64,000 bases of DNA from Terriglobia bacterium (GCA_965198225.1 CBDAOY010000007.1:768001-832000), one strand, 5' to 3'; shown: positions 1 to 9,954, counted from the first letter of the stretch. Program-made: numbers and translations. Notes: generated from the letters alone by a model not told the origin.

Positions 1-582
1 CAGCGCCCCGCGGAGCGCCGAGGCGAACGACTTCGTGTGCATGCCCACTTCTCTGTGGTTGACCAGCGAACTGTGGCTCTGGTGGACGAACTCGATCGGG
101 TCCTCGACGGTCAGGATGTGATCCTTTCGGTTCTTGTTCGAGTAATCGACGATCGCCGCCAGGGTCGTCGATTTGCCGCTACCGGTCGGCCCGGTCACCA
201 GGACCAGGCCGCGGTGCAACATCGCGAATTTCGTGAGAATTGGGGGAAGACCCAGCTGATCGGCGGTCAGGATCGTGGATGGAATCTGACGAAAGACGGC
301 GGCGACACCGTATTTCTGGTTGAAGAAATTGGCACGGTATCGGGCCGTACCCGGGATCTCGTAACCGAAATCCACGTCGCCGGTTTCTTCGAAAATCTTG
401 ACCTTGAACTCGGGTGCGATCTCATAGAGCATCGCCTTCAACTCGTCGCTGTCCAGGGGGTCGTACTTGACCCGTTCCAGTTCTCCCCGAACCCTCAGGA
501 TGGGTTGCGACCCCGACACCAGGTGGAGATCCGACGCGCCTGTTTCATCCATCAAGTGAAAAAAAGCATCGATCTTGGCCAT
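1..582 (-). CDS. pilT: Type IV pilus retraction ATPase PilT (partial, runs off window start)
   Basis: Minus-strand translation MAKIDAFF..ASDLHL..GLVLVTGPTGSGKSTTLAA..TVEDPIEF..HREVG..SFASALRGAL; ATG at 582. Confidence 0.92.
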   Translation of the reverse strand, partial: MAKIDAFFHLMDETGASDLHLVSGSQPILRVRGELERVKYDPLDSDELKAMLYEIAPEFKVKIFEETGDVDFGYEIPGTARYRANFFNQKYGVAAVFRQIPSTILTADQLGLPPILTKFAMLHRGLVLVTGPTGSGKSTTLAAIVDYSNKNRKDHILTVEDPIEFVHQSHSSLVNHREVGMHTKSFASALRGAL

Positions 583-777
583 TTGTTCCTTTCCTGCTTA
601 TCGACCCAAACCCGAAGTCACCGACTTGACGGCGGGTTCTTCGGCGGATCGCCGGCTATAATCGAAAAACCGGTTTCGATACCAGATCCGAAAACAATTC
701 GGTGTCGGTTATTATATCGAGTGGACGGTTCGTCGGAAGTATTTAACAGTTCGTTCCGCCAAAAAACTCAACTGTCT

Positions 778-1284
778 ATGGATCATCTGCCCACCGGTAG
801 CACAGCGCCCGATTTCGAACTGCAAACGCTGGAGGGGCAGAGCCTGCGCCTTTCCGAAGCACTCGAGAGCGGGCCGGTGATGGTGGTCTTCTACAAGCAA
901 TCGTGTCCAACCTGCCAGCTGACCTTTCCCTTCATCCAGCGCCTCTTTGCTACTGCCGGCGCCGGTTCAGAGGTGAGGATCTGGGCTATCTCTCAAGACG
1001 CAGTGGAGGAAACACGGGCATTCGTCGGGGAGTACGGTCTCGAGTTCCCGGTCCTGCTCGACGCGCACCCCTATCCGGTATCGTCGGACTACGAGTTACG
1101 CTTCGTTCCGACGTTCTACCTCGTCGATGGAGACCAGACGATTCAGGTAGCGGATTTCGGTTTCAGCAAACCGACGTTGAGCTCCATCGCCAGACGGTTG
1201 AAGTTGGAGGATGACGGCGCGCTTTTCGGGGAGGACTACCAGAGTCTGCCCGACTACCGGCCGGGTTGAGGCGCGAAGAACTGA
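778..1284 (+). CDS. TlpA/AhpC-TSA family redoxin (CPTC); ends at 1269 if TGA is a stop, at 1284 if TGA encodes Sec
   Basis: APDFELQTLEG..FYKQSCPTC..WAISQD..VPTFYLVD thioredoxin-fold motifs; C-terminus RPG-TGA-GAKN-TGA. Confidence 0.85.
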
Positions 1285-1301
1285 CGCCGGTCGGCGCTGT
1301 T
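1279..1301 (+). promoter_or_regulatory. Candidate bacterial SECIS hairpin
   Basis: aac-tga-cgcc-GGTC-ggcg-ct-gtt; GGUC loop at +23..+26 from the in-frame UGA (1267), versus +22..+25 in E. coli fdhF. Confidence 0.55.
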
Positions 1302-1361
1302 GATTGAAGGCCAGGTAGCGGGCCGTGACAGCGGTGGTTTGAGACAGGACACAAAGGAGAC

Positions 1362-1799
1362 ATGATGCAACAAGCGACATACGAGGATGCACAACTCGTT
1401 CTGCGGCTTTATGAACTTCGGAGGGAAGAAAAGCTGCGGGCGGCTCGAGCGTGGTTTACCGGCACCCTTTCTGCAACCACCCTGGACGAATTGAACGAGC
1501 AATGTACGCCAGGAAGCGACGAGCACGCCTACTTCCGAATGGTGACCACCTATTGGGACATGGCGGCTTCCTTTGTGACGCAGGGGATCCTCCACGAGGG
1601 TTTGTATATTCAGGCCTCAGGTGAAGGACTGTTCGTCTGGGAGAAGATTCGCCCGTTCGTCGAGGATCTGAGGGCAGCCTTCAAGAGTCCGGTGTTCTTG
1701 AAGAACCTGGAGACCGTGGCCGGTAAGCAGATCGCCTTCATGGAAGAAAACGCACCCGGCGCCTATGAAGCCATGCAGGGAAGGATACGGGGCGAGTAA
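1362..1799 (+). CDS. Conserved hypothetical helical protein (DUF4760-like)
   Basis: AAGGAG RBS; 145 aa; ATYEDAQLVLRLYELRREEKLRAARAWF. Confidence 0.7.
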   Translation: MMQQATYEDAQLVLRLYELRREEKLRAARAWFTGTLSATTLDELNEQCTPGSDEHAYFRMVTTYWDMAASFVTQGILHEGLYIQASGEGLFVWEKIRPFVEDLRAAFKSPVFLKNLETVAGKQIAFMEENAPGAYEAMQGRIRGE

Positions 1800-1905
1800 A
1801 GGCACATCTATCGCAGATTGGTCATTGGACGAAACGACAGGAAGTGGAAGAAGGCAGATTGCTCGATTTAGTCCGATTGAGCTGAAGCCGATTGCTGACT
1901 GCTAA

Positions 1906-2241
1906 TCAGCCGCTCTGCTTCTCTTTACAATCGATACAGACTCGGGTCCACGGAACAGCATCCAGGCGTACGGACGCGATCGGCTCCTCGCAGTCCATGC
2001 AGATGCCGTAGGTGCCCTGGTCGACCCGTTGCAGGGCTTCGTCGATCGCTCGGAGCAGCTTCGTGTCGGTCTGCTTCAAGGCGAGGTTGACATGGATATC
2101 GTTCTCCTGGCTCGAGTGATCGACCCAGTCGCCGGTTCTGAGCCCTTCGTCGACCGCGGTCGTACGCTCTGGCGCTTCCACGATCTCCTGCTTTTTGGTG
2201 AGAAGCACGTCTTTGTATCTTTTTAGTTCAGTAGCACGCAT
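1906..2241 (-). CDS. DksA/TraR family C4 zinc-finger protein
   Basis: Coiled coil with GDWVD tip, GTYGICMDC..RLDAVPWTRVCIDC. Confidence 0.9.
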   Translation of the reverse strand: MRATELKRYKDVLLTKKQEIVEAPERTTAVDEGLRTGDWVDHSSQENDIHVNLALKQTDTKLLRAIDEALQRVDQGTYGICMDCEEPIASVRLDAVPWTRVCIDCKEKQSG

Positions 2242-2629
2242 GAATCCGCCTCGACTTTCTCTGATCACGCTTCGAAGGGTGCCGTAAACGATCAATTTTA
2301 TCACCAAGGAAGCGGCTGTGCAAAGACCCGCGCTTTGATCCCGAACAGCTCGTGGTCGAGTCGGAAGTCGTACGGGGTAGGGAGAGCGTGCGTGCTTTTC
2401 GAGAGTTTCGTGTCGGGGTTCTAGGTCGGGTCGCGTTCTCGATTATTTTTTGCCCCTTTCGGAACCCGCTGAAGAACTGTCTGCGATTTATCACGTTCGC
2501 AGGCCCGCGGTCACGCGGTTCGGATGCTTATCATATAATAGCCGTCACAGCGGGGAACGCGTCGGTGTTGTGGCGCCTGTACGCTGCGAGGGTCCTAACG
2601 CCGACATTTCTCGTCAAGGAGATCGACCG

Positions 2630-3292
2630 ATGTCCGACGCCGCAGTTTTCTTGGATGAACTCGACCGGAATATCGAGCGGACCATGACTGGCCTCGATGT
2701 CCTCAAAGATCCCGAGCCCAGCCTGGCGGGAAGCGACGAGGTGGTTCGACGATTGAAAATGGCATTGAAGAACGAGTTGGAGGCTGCCGAGTTGGCCGCG
2801 CTCTGGATGCCGACGACACCGGAGGTGGACATCAAGCTCGGGCTGGCGCGCCAGGCCGGCGACGAGGCCCGCCACTACCACCTGATCGAGGAGCATATGT
2901 CGGAACTCGGCGTCGAGCTCGATGGCTTCGATCCGCTCGAGGGCGGCTACGGGCCGATGTTCCAGCTTCTCAGTGGATTCAGCTCGACGGTCGAACGTGT
3001 GGCAGGAGCGCAGTTGACACGCGAATCGCTGGCGCTCAAGAAGAACGAACAGTTCATCGAGTTCTGCGACGCGGTCGGCGCTCCCGAGACTGCGACGCTC
3101 TACCGCGAGCGCATTCAGCCCGACGAGGAGTGGCATGTACGACTCGGGCGCCAGGCGCTCGGTCGCTATGCGGTCACGCCGGAGCTTCGGGAGGCCGCGA
3201 AGAAAGCTTCCGAGGCGGTTCTCGAACTGGCTGTCAAGATCCAGAAGAAACAGCTTCACGAGATGAAGACCAGTCATGCTCCCGGTTGCTAG
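2630..3292 (+). CDS. Ferritin-like di-iron domain protein
   Basis: AAGGAG RBS; ELEAAE..DEARH..ES..DEEWH pattern; ends HAPGC. Confidence 0.75.
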   Translation: MSDAAVFLDELDRNIERTMTGLDVLKDPEPSLAGSDEVVRRLKMALKNELEAAELAALWMPTTPEVDIKLGLARQAGDEARHYHLIEEHMSELGVELDGFDPLEGGYGPMFQLLSGFSSTVERVAGAQLTRESLALKKNEQFIEFCDAVGAPETATLYRERIQPDEEWHVRLGRQALGRYAVTPELREAAKKASEAVLELAVKIQKKQLHEMKTSHAPGC

Positions 3293-3399
3293 TGGCCTGA
3301 TCATCAGCATTCAGCTTCTGGCCAGGAAACCGACCACGGAGGCTCTTTTTTCCGAAGCTGAAGGCTGAAAGCTGATGGCTGCTTGCCACTGCAAGTCGC

Positions 3400-3533
3400 C
3401 TTCCGGTAGGATAGGGATGTACCAATACGAGACCATCATTCTCGAAACCGACAGCTCGAAACCGACGCAACATAGCTTCCGGTAGGATAGGGATGTACCA
3501 ATACGAGACCATCATTCTCGAAACCGACAGCTC
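3400..3533 (+). repeat. 58-bp direct duplication of the RBS and 5' end of the enoyl-CoA hydratase gene
   Basis: 3400-3457 identical to 3476-3533. Confidence 0.9.
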
Positions 3534-4287
3534 CGTCGCGACCATCACGCTGAACCGGCCCGACAAACTGAATGCAATCGGAGGGCCGATGAGGGAAGAG
3601 ATCAGGGACGCTTTGGAGCGGATCGAGGCGGACCCGGAACTGCGGGTGTGCGTCCTGACTGGCGCCGGGCGTGGCTTCTGTGCCGGAGGGGACATCGACA
3701 ATCTCAAGAGATTGCGCGAAGAAGGTGACGAGCAGGGCTTTCAGGAGATTTTGGCCAAGGGCAAAGGCGTTAGCCGATACATTCGGTCCATGTCCAAGCC
3801 GGTCATCGCCGCGGTCAACGGGCCCTGCGCGGGTGCCGGCTTCAGTCTGGCCCTGTCTTGCGATATGCGGATAGCGTCGGCGGAAGCTTCCTTCGGGCCG
3901 AGCTTTGCGCGGATAGGCTTGCACCCGGACTGGGGCGGCAGCTGGCTGCTGCCGCGTTTGATCGGGACAGCCCGGAGCTGCGAGCTCGTCTTTACCGGAA
4001 ACATGATCTCGGCTTCCGAGGCGGGGCGGATCGGACTGGCCAATCGCGTGGTTCCCCATGGCGAACTCCTTTCTACGGTGGGCGAACTTGCACGGGCGAT
4101 GGCTCGCAATCCCCCCGGTGTCCTCCGGCTTGCGAAACAATCGATCTACGGAAGCCTGACGTCGGACTTTGAGGCGGCGGCCGCCGCAGAGACCGAAGCG
4201 CAGATGGAATGTTTCCGGAGTAACGACTTTCTGGAGGGCGTCACGGCCTTCCTCGAGAAGAGGAAACCGAAGTTCTCGGGACGATGA
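3493..4287 (+). CDS. Enoyl-CoA hydratase/isomerase (crotonase) family
   Basis: ITLNRPDKLNA, GFCAGGD, AAVNGPCAGAG, GLHPDWG, EGVTAFLEKRKPKF. Confidence 0.93.
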   Translation: MYQYETIILETDSSVATITLNRPDKLNAIGGPMREEIRDALERIEADPELRVCVLTGAGRGFCAGGDIDNLKRLREEGDEQGFQEILAKGKGVSRYIRSMSKPVIAAVNGPCAGAGFSLALSCDMRIASAEASFGPSFARIGLHPDWGGSWLLPRLIGTARSCELVFTGNMISASEAGRIGLANRVVPHGELLSTVGELARAMARNPPGVLRLAKQSIYGSLTSDFEAAAAAETEAQMECFRSNDFLEGVTAFLEKRKPKFSGR

Positions 4288-4312
4288 CTAGTGATCTGTT
4301 ACAGGCCACTAA
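4288..4312. repeat. 25-bp collapsed scar of the CTAG-bounded structured element
   Basis: ctagtgatctgttacaggccactaa corresponds to the fused ends of the 59136-59404 element. Confidence 0.7.
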
Positions 4313-4353
4313 GCTCGAACGGGCTTGACTGCGATGCGTGATAGAATTTCCTC

Positions 4354-4863
4354 ATGAAGCGCCTGTTCGTGCTCCCGCTGCTCGTCGCGCTCGCGTCGTG
4401 TAACCAGAATATGGAAGCCGTGAGCACTGGAGAGCGTCTGGAGGACGCCCCGCCAATCGAGGCCTCCCCTGGTCCCTCTGCAGCATCCGCCCCCTTCGCC
4501 GGGATGGAGGGAGACGGGGCGCCGCCGTTCGTCAAAGCCTTCTTTATGCACACCTGGGTCGAAGCACTCTACAGCACACCGGCAAACCAAAACCCCAATC
4601 CCGACTGGAGTTCCCCCCTTCTCGACCCGGTCGACGGGCGTGTCTGGTGTACCGACTGTCACGTCTCCGGGCAGGTGGACTTTGGACGCATCCCCAAGCA
4701 GCGCGTTCCCATGGTCGACGACTATGAAAGCGATCACGAGTTCATGGTCGAGTTGATGCAGAAGTGGGTCGGCCGCCTCAACAGCGATGAGTACGGCGCC
4801 CGGGCCAAACTGACCGGCCCCGTCGACTGCTTGACCTGTCACGCCACCGACCCCCGCGACTAG
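4354..4863 (+). CDS. Diheme c-type cytochrome lipoprotein
   Basis: Lipobox LASC; CTDCH and CLTCH. Confidence 0.8.
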   Translation: MKRLFVLPLLVALASCNQNMEAVSTGERLEDAPPIEASPGPSAASAPFAGMEGDGAPPFVKAFFMHTWVEALYSTPANQNPNPDWSSPLLDPVDGRVWCTDCHVSGQVDFGRIPKQRVPMVDDYESDHEFMVELMQKWVGRLNSDEYGARAKLTGPVDCLTCHATDPRD

Positions 4864-4900
4864 CATCCGCCGAAAGCCGTTCGATTTCGCTAGATTCTTT

Positions 4901-5080
4901 TCAACACGAAGACACGAAGTTCACGAAGAAAACAGAAATATCTGGTCTTCTTCGTCTTGCTCAGTCAACAGGAAGGCCGGTTCTTTCACGGCTACTACCG
5001 CACTATTGCTATCTCTTTTCAATACGAAGACATCTGAAGTGCGCGCGGCTCACGAAGTCCTTCGTGCCTTCGTGTTGAGA
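4901..5080. repeat. CACGAAG-type inverted intergenic repeat
   Basis: tcaacacgaagacacgaag...cttcgtgccttcgtgttga; related copy at 28304-28386. Confidence 0.7.
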
Positions 5081-5120
5081 ATGCCGGATATTTCCGTGAT
5101 CGGAGAGTTGGGGTAGGCCG

Positions 5121-6419
5121 CTAGATAACCGTGCGGGGGGGGATGACGGCGTTCTTCGGGACGATCACGATGCCGTCGCGGATCGCGAAGCCGTCACCGT
5201 CCGCTTCCTGAACTCCTGATTCGTTGAGGATCTTCACGTCGCTGCCGATGTGGGTGTTCTTGTCGATGATGGCACGCCGGATGACGGAGTTCTCTCCGAT
5301 CCCGATGTCTGGAACATCGAGCCGCCGGTTGTGGTCGAGGTCCTCTTCGTCCTCGTAGAAATCGGCACCCATCACCAGGGCTTCTTCCAGGATCACGCCC
5401 GAACGGACGACGCTGCGTATTCCTACGATCGAGTTTGCCACGCGCGCGGCGCTCAGGATCGATCCTTCCGAGAGGATAGATTCGGTTACATCGCATTGAT
5501 CAACCCGAGACGGCGGCAGGAATCGAGCCCTCGTGAATATCGGGGAGCTCATGTCGTGGAAGTTGAAGTGTTTCCTCGATCGGGTCAGGTCGATGTTGGC
5601 CCGATAGAATGCCCCGATCGTCCCCAGGTCCTCCCAGTATCCTTCAAACAGGTAGCCCCGGACGTCGTACCGCTCGATCGCCCGCGGGATCACCTGGTGA
5701 CCGAAGTCGTTCATCGATTCGTCGGATAGGATTTCTTCGAGGACCTTCCTGTTAAAAAGATAGATTCCCATCGATGCGAGGTACGGACTCTCGGTGGCTT
5801 TGGCGGGCGAGAAACCGAACGCGGTCGTGTCGGTCCGCATCTCCTGGAGTTCGGCGCCGGTCGGTTTTTCGCGAAACTGTTCGATGCGAGCCCAACGGTC
5901 GAGTTTCAGCAGACCGAACGAGGATGCGGATGCTTCCTCGCGAGGAATCACGCAGACAGTGACGTCGGCCCGTGTTTCCCAGTGTTCTCGCAGCAGGCCC
6001 TGGTAGTCCATGCGGTAGAGCTGGTCGCCGGCCAGGACGAGTTGGTAGTCGGCATCACGATCGGTGAAGCGATGCAGGTGCTGCCGGACGGCATCGGCCG
6101 TTCCCTGAAACCAGTTCACGTTCCCCACAGTCTGCTCGGCTGCTAGAACTTCGACGGCTCCGCCCGCAAAGGAGTCGAAATTGAAGCTGGCGGTCACGTG
6201 CCGGTTTAGGGATGCAGAGTTGAACTGGGTCAGGACGAAGATCTTTTTCAGCCCCGAATTGATGCAGTTGCTGATCGGAATATCGATGAGCCGGTATTTC
6301 CCGCCGAGCGGCACGGCAGGTTTCGAACGATCCTGTGTCAGAGGAAAAAGGCGCTTGCCAGCTCCGCCGGCGAGGATGATCGAGGTAACATGTGCAGGTG
6401 TCTGACGGCGCTTGGGCAC
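5121..6419 (-). CDS. glgC: Glucose-1-phosphate adenylyltransferase
   Basis: ILAGGAGKRLFPLT..RSKPAVP, WFQGTADAVRQ, ASMGIY, YWEDLGT. Confidence 0.96.
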   Translation of the reverse strand: MPKRRQTPAHVTSIILAGGAGKRLFPLTQDRSKPAVPLGGKYRLIDIPISNCINSGLKKIFVLTQFNSASLNRHVTASFNFDSFAGGAVEVLAAEQTVGNVNWFQGTADAVRQHLHRFTDRDADYQLVLAGDQLYRMDYQGLLREHWETRADVTVCVIPREEASASSFGLLKLDRWARIEQFREKPTGAELQEMRTDTTAFGFSPAKATESPYLASMGIYLFNRKVLEEILSDESMNDFGHQVIPRAIERYDVRGYLFEGYWEDLGTIGAFYRANIDLTRSRKHFNFHDMSSPIFTRARFLPPSRVDQCDVTESILSEGSILSAARVANSIVGIRSVVRSGVILEEALVMGADFYEDEEDLDHNRRLDVPDIGIGENSVIRRAIIDKNTHIGSDVKILNESGVQEADGDGFAIRDGIVIVPKNAVIPPRTVI

Positions 6420-6471
6420 GGGTGATCATCATACCACCCCATCTTTCGTGAGGAGTTTTCCTGCCCGCGAA

Positions 6472-6761
6472 CTAGTGGCCTGTAACGGAGATATCGGCAC
6501 CATCGCCGATGGGTCTTGCCAGTCGAGGTCGAGGAGAGAGGAGGAATTGATGCGGTTTCCCAAAGAGTTTCATCATGACGACGAACGACAAAGAGATCGA
6601 CGGCAACCCCCATCGGCCCGGAGGGTTGCGGCGGAACGGTCGGGTCTTTGTTGCCGCTACCATTTCATTGTAAGACCCGCTTCTCACGGGTTGTCGGCTT
6701 CTAGAATCCGGTGCCGTTCCACCGCAACGCTGGTACCGATATCTCCGTTACAGGCCACTAG
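6472..6761. mobile_element. Non-autonomous CTAG-bounded structured element (MITE-like), subfamily 1, copy A
   Basis: 31-bp TIR ctagtggcctgtaacggagatatcggcacca / tggtaccgatatctccgttacaggccactag; homologous in reverse orientation to 59136-59404. Confidence 0.8.
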
Positions 6762-6801
6762 GGTGCCATCGATCCTGGGTTAGATACCCGGTTGCCCCAA
6801 G

Positions 6802-6950
6802 CTATTGCAGATTGGTCATCGGACGAATCCCCATCATTGGAAGTTGGAGGTTGGAAATTGCTCAAGTTGTTATTGATCGGAGGCTTCGAGCAGTCTTTCT
6901 GTTGGTTCTCAATTTGAAATGTAGCAATTTCCGATGAAACAACCTGCAAT
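6802..6950. repeat. Inverted-repeat-bounded AT-rich element with TTGGA heptamers
   Basis: attgcagattggtcatcgga...tccgatgaaacaacctgcaat; left end matches 1808-1833 at 24/26. Confidence 0.5.
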
Positions 6951-6989
6951 GCGGATTATTCAGACATCGCGATTTGCAATTGGATCCAA

Positions 6990-7033
6990 GAAAATGAAGG
7001 CGGCAACGCCATTACAAGGGGCTGCCGCCTTCA
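6990..7033 (-). terminator. Intrinsic terminator downstream of TPR gene
   Basis: tgaaggcggca..tgccgccttca stem followed by TTTTC on the minus strand. Confidence 0.65.
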
Positions 7034-7057
7034 GGGTTCCTGCTGTGAATGAATGAG

Positions 7058-8107
7058 CTAGCGGACGCCGAGTTCGGCTCTCTTTTCCTCGATCAACTCG
7101 TCGAGCCCGTCCAGAGAGTCATCGTTCTTGCGCCGGTAGAGTCTCTCGAGCTCTACACGTGCGAGGTTTCCCGCCTGTCCCCCGAGCGCGACGGCTTTGG
7201 CGAATGAATCGATGGCGAGATCCATCTCCCCGAGCACCTCCCCTTCGAGCGCTTCGCGTCTGGCGACGAGTTGATCCAGTACCGCTTGTTCAGCCTGGTT
7301 GGTCTTGGCTTCGTTTTCTTCCGCGACCGCGTCCACGACCAGAGCCGACTTTCCGGCGGCCTCGTACTCATACGAGAGACCCAGTTGCAAGTGGGCAAAC
7401 GGATCCCTCCGGTTGTACCCGATGACTCTCTTGTATTCCTCCGCGGCCTGCGCGTAGTCGCCGCGCGTGTAGTGGACGACTCCCAGCGTCATGTAGATTC
7501 TCGAGAACACGGCCATTCGCTGCGTATCCCACTGCGCATCGGTCAGGTTCTCGGGTTTGCTTCTTAGGGCTTGTTGCGCCTGAACCCGGGCGCGGTTGGC
7601 GAGCTGAAACGCCCGGCCCAGGGAGCGTTCCTTCTCAGCATCGTCGGTCGGGAGGGTGTCGGTGATCACCGTCGACAGCGTCAACAGTGCGCCGAGGTTG
7701 TTCCGATCCACCTGGAGGACCTTCTCCCCAAACTCGACAACTTTCGCGGCGTCCCGTCCCTGCTCTGCGGCGGCCATCGCTCGTTGGTACATGAAGCCTT
7801 TCACGGTAGAGTCGGCATCGGGAACGGTCTGATCGAACCGGTCGGCCGTCTCGACCACTTTCCGCCAGTTCCTGGCGCCCACATAGGCATTGCTGAGGAG
7901 TTGGAAAGCTGCCGGGATGAAGTCCGAATCGCTGTAGTCGTTCAGGAAGGCTTCGGCGAGTTGAGCCTTACGTTCCGGCTGCTGCTCGTCGTACATTGCC
8001 TTGTATGCGTCGTATTCGGCTTTCGACTTGGCCTGCTGGGCTCGGGCCGGTGTACCGAACAGCAACGTGGCAATCAGGGCGAGCCCGACATATGCGCTTC
8101 TGTTCAT
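7058..8107 (-). CDS. Secreted TPR-repeat protein
   Basis: Signal peptide ending ARA-QQ; TPR-like helices; AGGAGG upstream. Confidence 0.8.
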   Translation of the reverse strand: MNRSAYVGLALIATLLFGTPARAQQAKSKAEYDAYKAMYDEQQPERKAQLAEAFLNDYSDSDFIPAAFQLLSNAYVGARNWRKVVETADRFDQTVPDADSTVKGFMYQRAMAAAEQGRDAAKVVEFGEKVLQVDRNNLGALLTLSTVITDTLPTDDAEKERSLGRAFQLANRARVQAQQALRSKPENLTDAQWDTQRMAVFSRIYMTLGVVHYTRGDYAQAAEEYKRVIGYNRRDPFAHLQLGLSYEYEAAGKSALVVDAVAEENEAKTNQAEQAVLDQLVARREALEGEVLGEMDLAIDSFAKAVALGGQAGNLARVELERLYRRKNDDSLDGLDELIEEKRAELGVR

Positions 8108-8283
8108 GCTCAGAGTCAACCTCCTAGTGGCGTTGGGGGGACAACGCCACGGTTTCTCAAACAGCAGAAATTCTATTAGTTTTTGACGTCCCAGGCCATA
8201 GTTCGGGACCAGGCAATAATTACCGACCCGACCGCTCCGGTCCCGAGCATGGGCCCGACTGCGTCCCAATCCCCGAAGCCACT

Positions 8284-9600
8284 TCAGTCGTAATACTCCA
8301 TTCCCAGGTGGGTGATCAGTTCCTCGCCTCGCAAATACCTCAAGGTATTCTTTAATTTCATTAATTGAATGAATAGATCATGCTCGGGATACAGGCCCGG
8401 TGCGCACATGGGGCTCTTGAAGTAAAAGCTCAGCCATTCCTGTATGCCGTGCATGCCGCACCGCTGCGCCAGGTCGAGAAACAGGACCAGGTCCAGAACG
8501 ATCGGTGCGGCCAGAATGCTGTCGCGGCACAGGAAATCGATCTTGATCTGCATCGGACATCCCAACCAGCCGAAGATATCGATGTTGTCCCAGCCTTCCT
8601 TATTGTCGCCCCGGGGCGGATAGTAGTTGATCCGAACCTTGTGCGTGAAGTCACCATAAAGATCCGGATACAGGTCGGGTTGGAGGATCTGGTCGAGCAC
8701 TGACAACTTGCTCTCTTCTTTTGTCTTGAACGACTCCGGGTCGTCGAGCACTTCGCCATCCCGATTCCCGAGGATATTGGTCGAGAACCAGCCGTTCAAC
8801 CCGATCATTCGCGACTTCAGCCCTGGCGCGATGATGGTCTTCATGAGAGTCTGGCCGGTCTTGAAGTCCTTTCCGCAGATAGGAGCTCCCTTCTCCTGAG
8901 CGAGCTGGGTCAGGGCGGGAATGTCGAGGGTCAGATTCGGAGCACCGTTGGCGAAAGGGATTCCGCGCTGGAGCGCCGCGTACGCGTAGATCATGCTGGG
9001 GGCAATCGCGTCGTCGTTGTCCGCAAGAGCCTTTTCGAAAGCCTCCAGTGTCGCGTGCGGCGGTTGTGGCTCGCGGAACGCTTCGGTGCTGCCGCACCAG
9101 ACCATCACCATACGGTCCAGGTTGTTTTTCCGCCTGAAGTCATCGATATCTTCCATGACCTGTTCGGCGAGCTCCATCTTGGTCCTTCCGGTCTTGACGT
9201 TGGGACCGTCGATTCTCTTGACGTAGTTCTGGTCGAAAACCGCTTTCCAGGGGACGATTGTCTCGATTTCGTCCCGGACTTCCTCGAGCAGTCTCTGGTC
9301 GAGGACACCGGCTTTGACGGCGGCGTCGTAGCAGTTGTCTTCGTAAATATCCCAGCCGCCGAACACGAGATCATCCAGCCCTGCCAACGGCACAAAGTCC
9401 TTGATCTTGGGAACTCGATGCTCGGTCCGCTTACCGAGACGGATCGTTCCGAGCTGGGTCAGGGAGCCGACCGGTTGCGAGAGGCTCTTCTTGACGGCTT
9501 CCACGCCGGCTATGAACGTCGTGCTCACGGCCCCCAGACCCGGAATCAAGACTCCGAGCTTCCCGGCCGGCGACTGGATACTCACACCTTTTTCAATCAC
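8284..9600 (-). CDS. ino1: Myo-inositol-1-phosphate synthase (alternative ATG start at 9615)
   Basis: GLGAVST, GKDFKTGQT, NILGNRDG, YYPPRGDNKEGWD, CRDSILAAP. Confidence 0.93.
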   Translation of the reverse strand: MIEKGVSIQSPAGKLGVLIPGLGAVSTTFIAGVEAVKKSLSQPVGSLTQLGTIRLGKRTEHRVPKIKDFVPLAGLDDLVFGGWDIYEDNCYDAAVKAGVLDQRLLEEVRDEIETIVPWKAVFDQNYVKRIDGPNVKTGRTKMELAEQVMEDIDDFRRKNNLDRMVMVWCGSTEAFREPQPPHATLEAFEKALADNDDAIAPSMIYAYAALQRGIPFANGAPNLTLDIPALTQLAQEKGAPICGKDFKTGQTLMKTIIAPGLKSRMIGLNGWFSTNILGNRDGEVLDDPESFKTKEESKLSVLDQILQPDLYPDLYGDFTHKVRINYYPPRGDNKEGWDNIDIFGWLGCPMQIKIDFLCRDSILAAPIVLDLVLFLDLAQRCGMHGIQEWLSFYFKSPMCAPGLYPEHDLFIQLMKLKNTLRYLRGEELITHLGMEYYD

Positions 9601-9954
9601 TTCCACCTCCAACATTGGAGCGCGCTGAATTGTAGCAGATGGCGAAGATACGAAGCCAGCCAGCCCGCGGTAGAAGACGGTGCACGTATCCTCGTACCGG
9701 GGACGGTTCGATTGCCGAAACATCCGGCATTTCAACCCAAAGACGCCGAGAATGTTGTTCATGCGGGCAGTCCAGAACGCAACGTGAGTGCGACACCGTG
9801 GGGACGGAGACAAAGATAAGAGACCTCTACTACTTTGCGTATTTGCGTTGAAGTTCTAGATCGACTGTGAAGCGCGCTGTTCGAGTCGGGCTAAGCGCCG
9901 GGGTCGGCAGAGAATTCGTTTCATGTCACCGGAATGCGGGATAATGAGCTCCTG

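Noticed and set aside
626-662. TTGACG...TATAAT as a sigma70 promoter
   Set aside because: The spacer is about 25 nt, far from 17
37-1269. 410-aa ORF as a single gene
   Set aside because: The first ~180 codons are the antisense shadow of pilT; the redoxin starts at ATG 778
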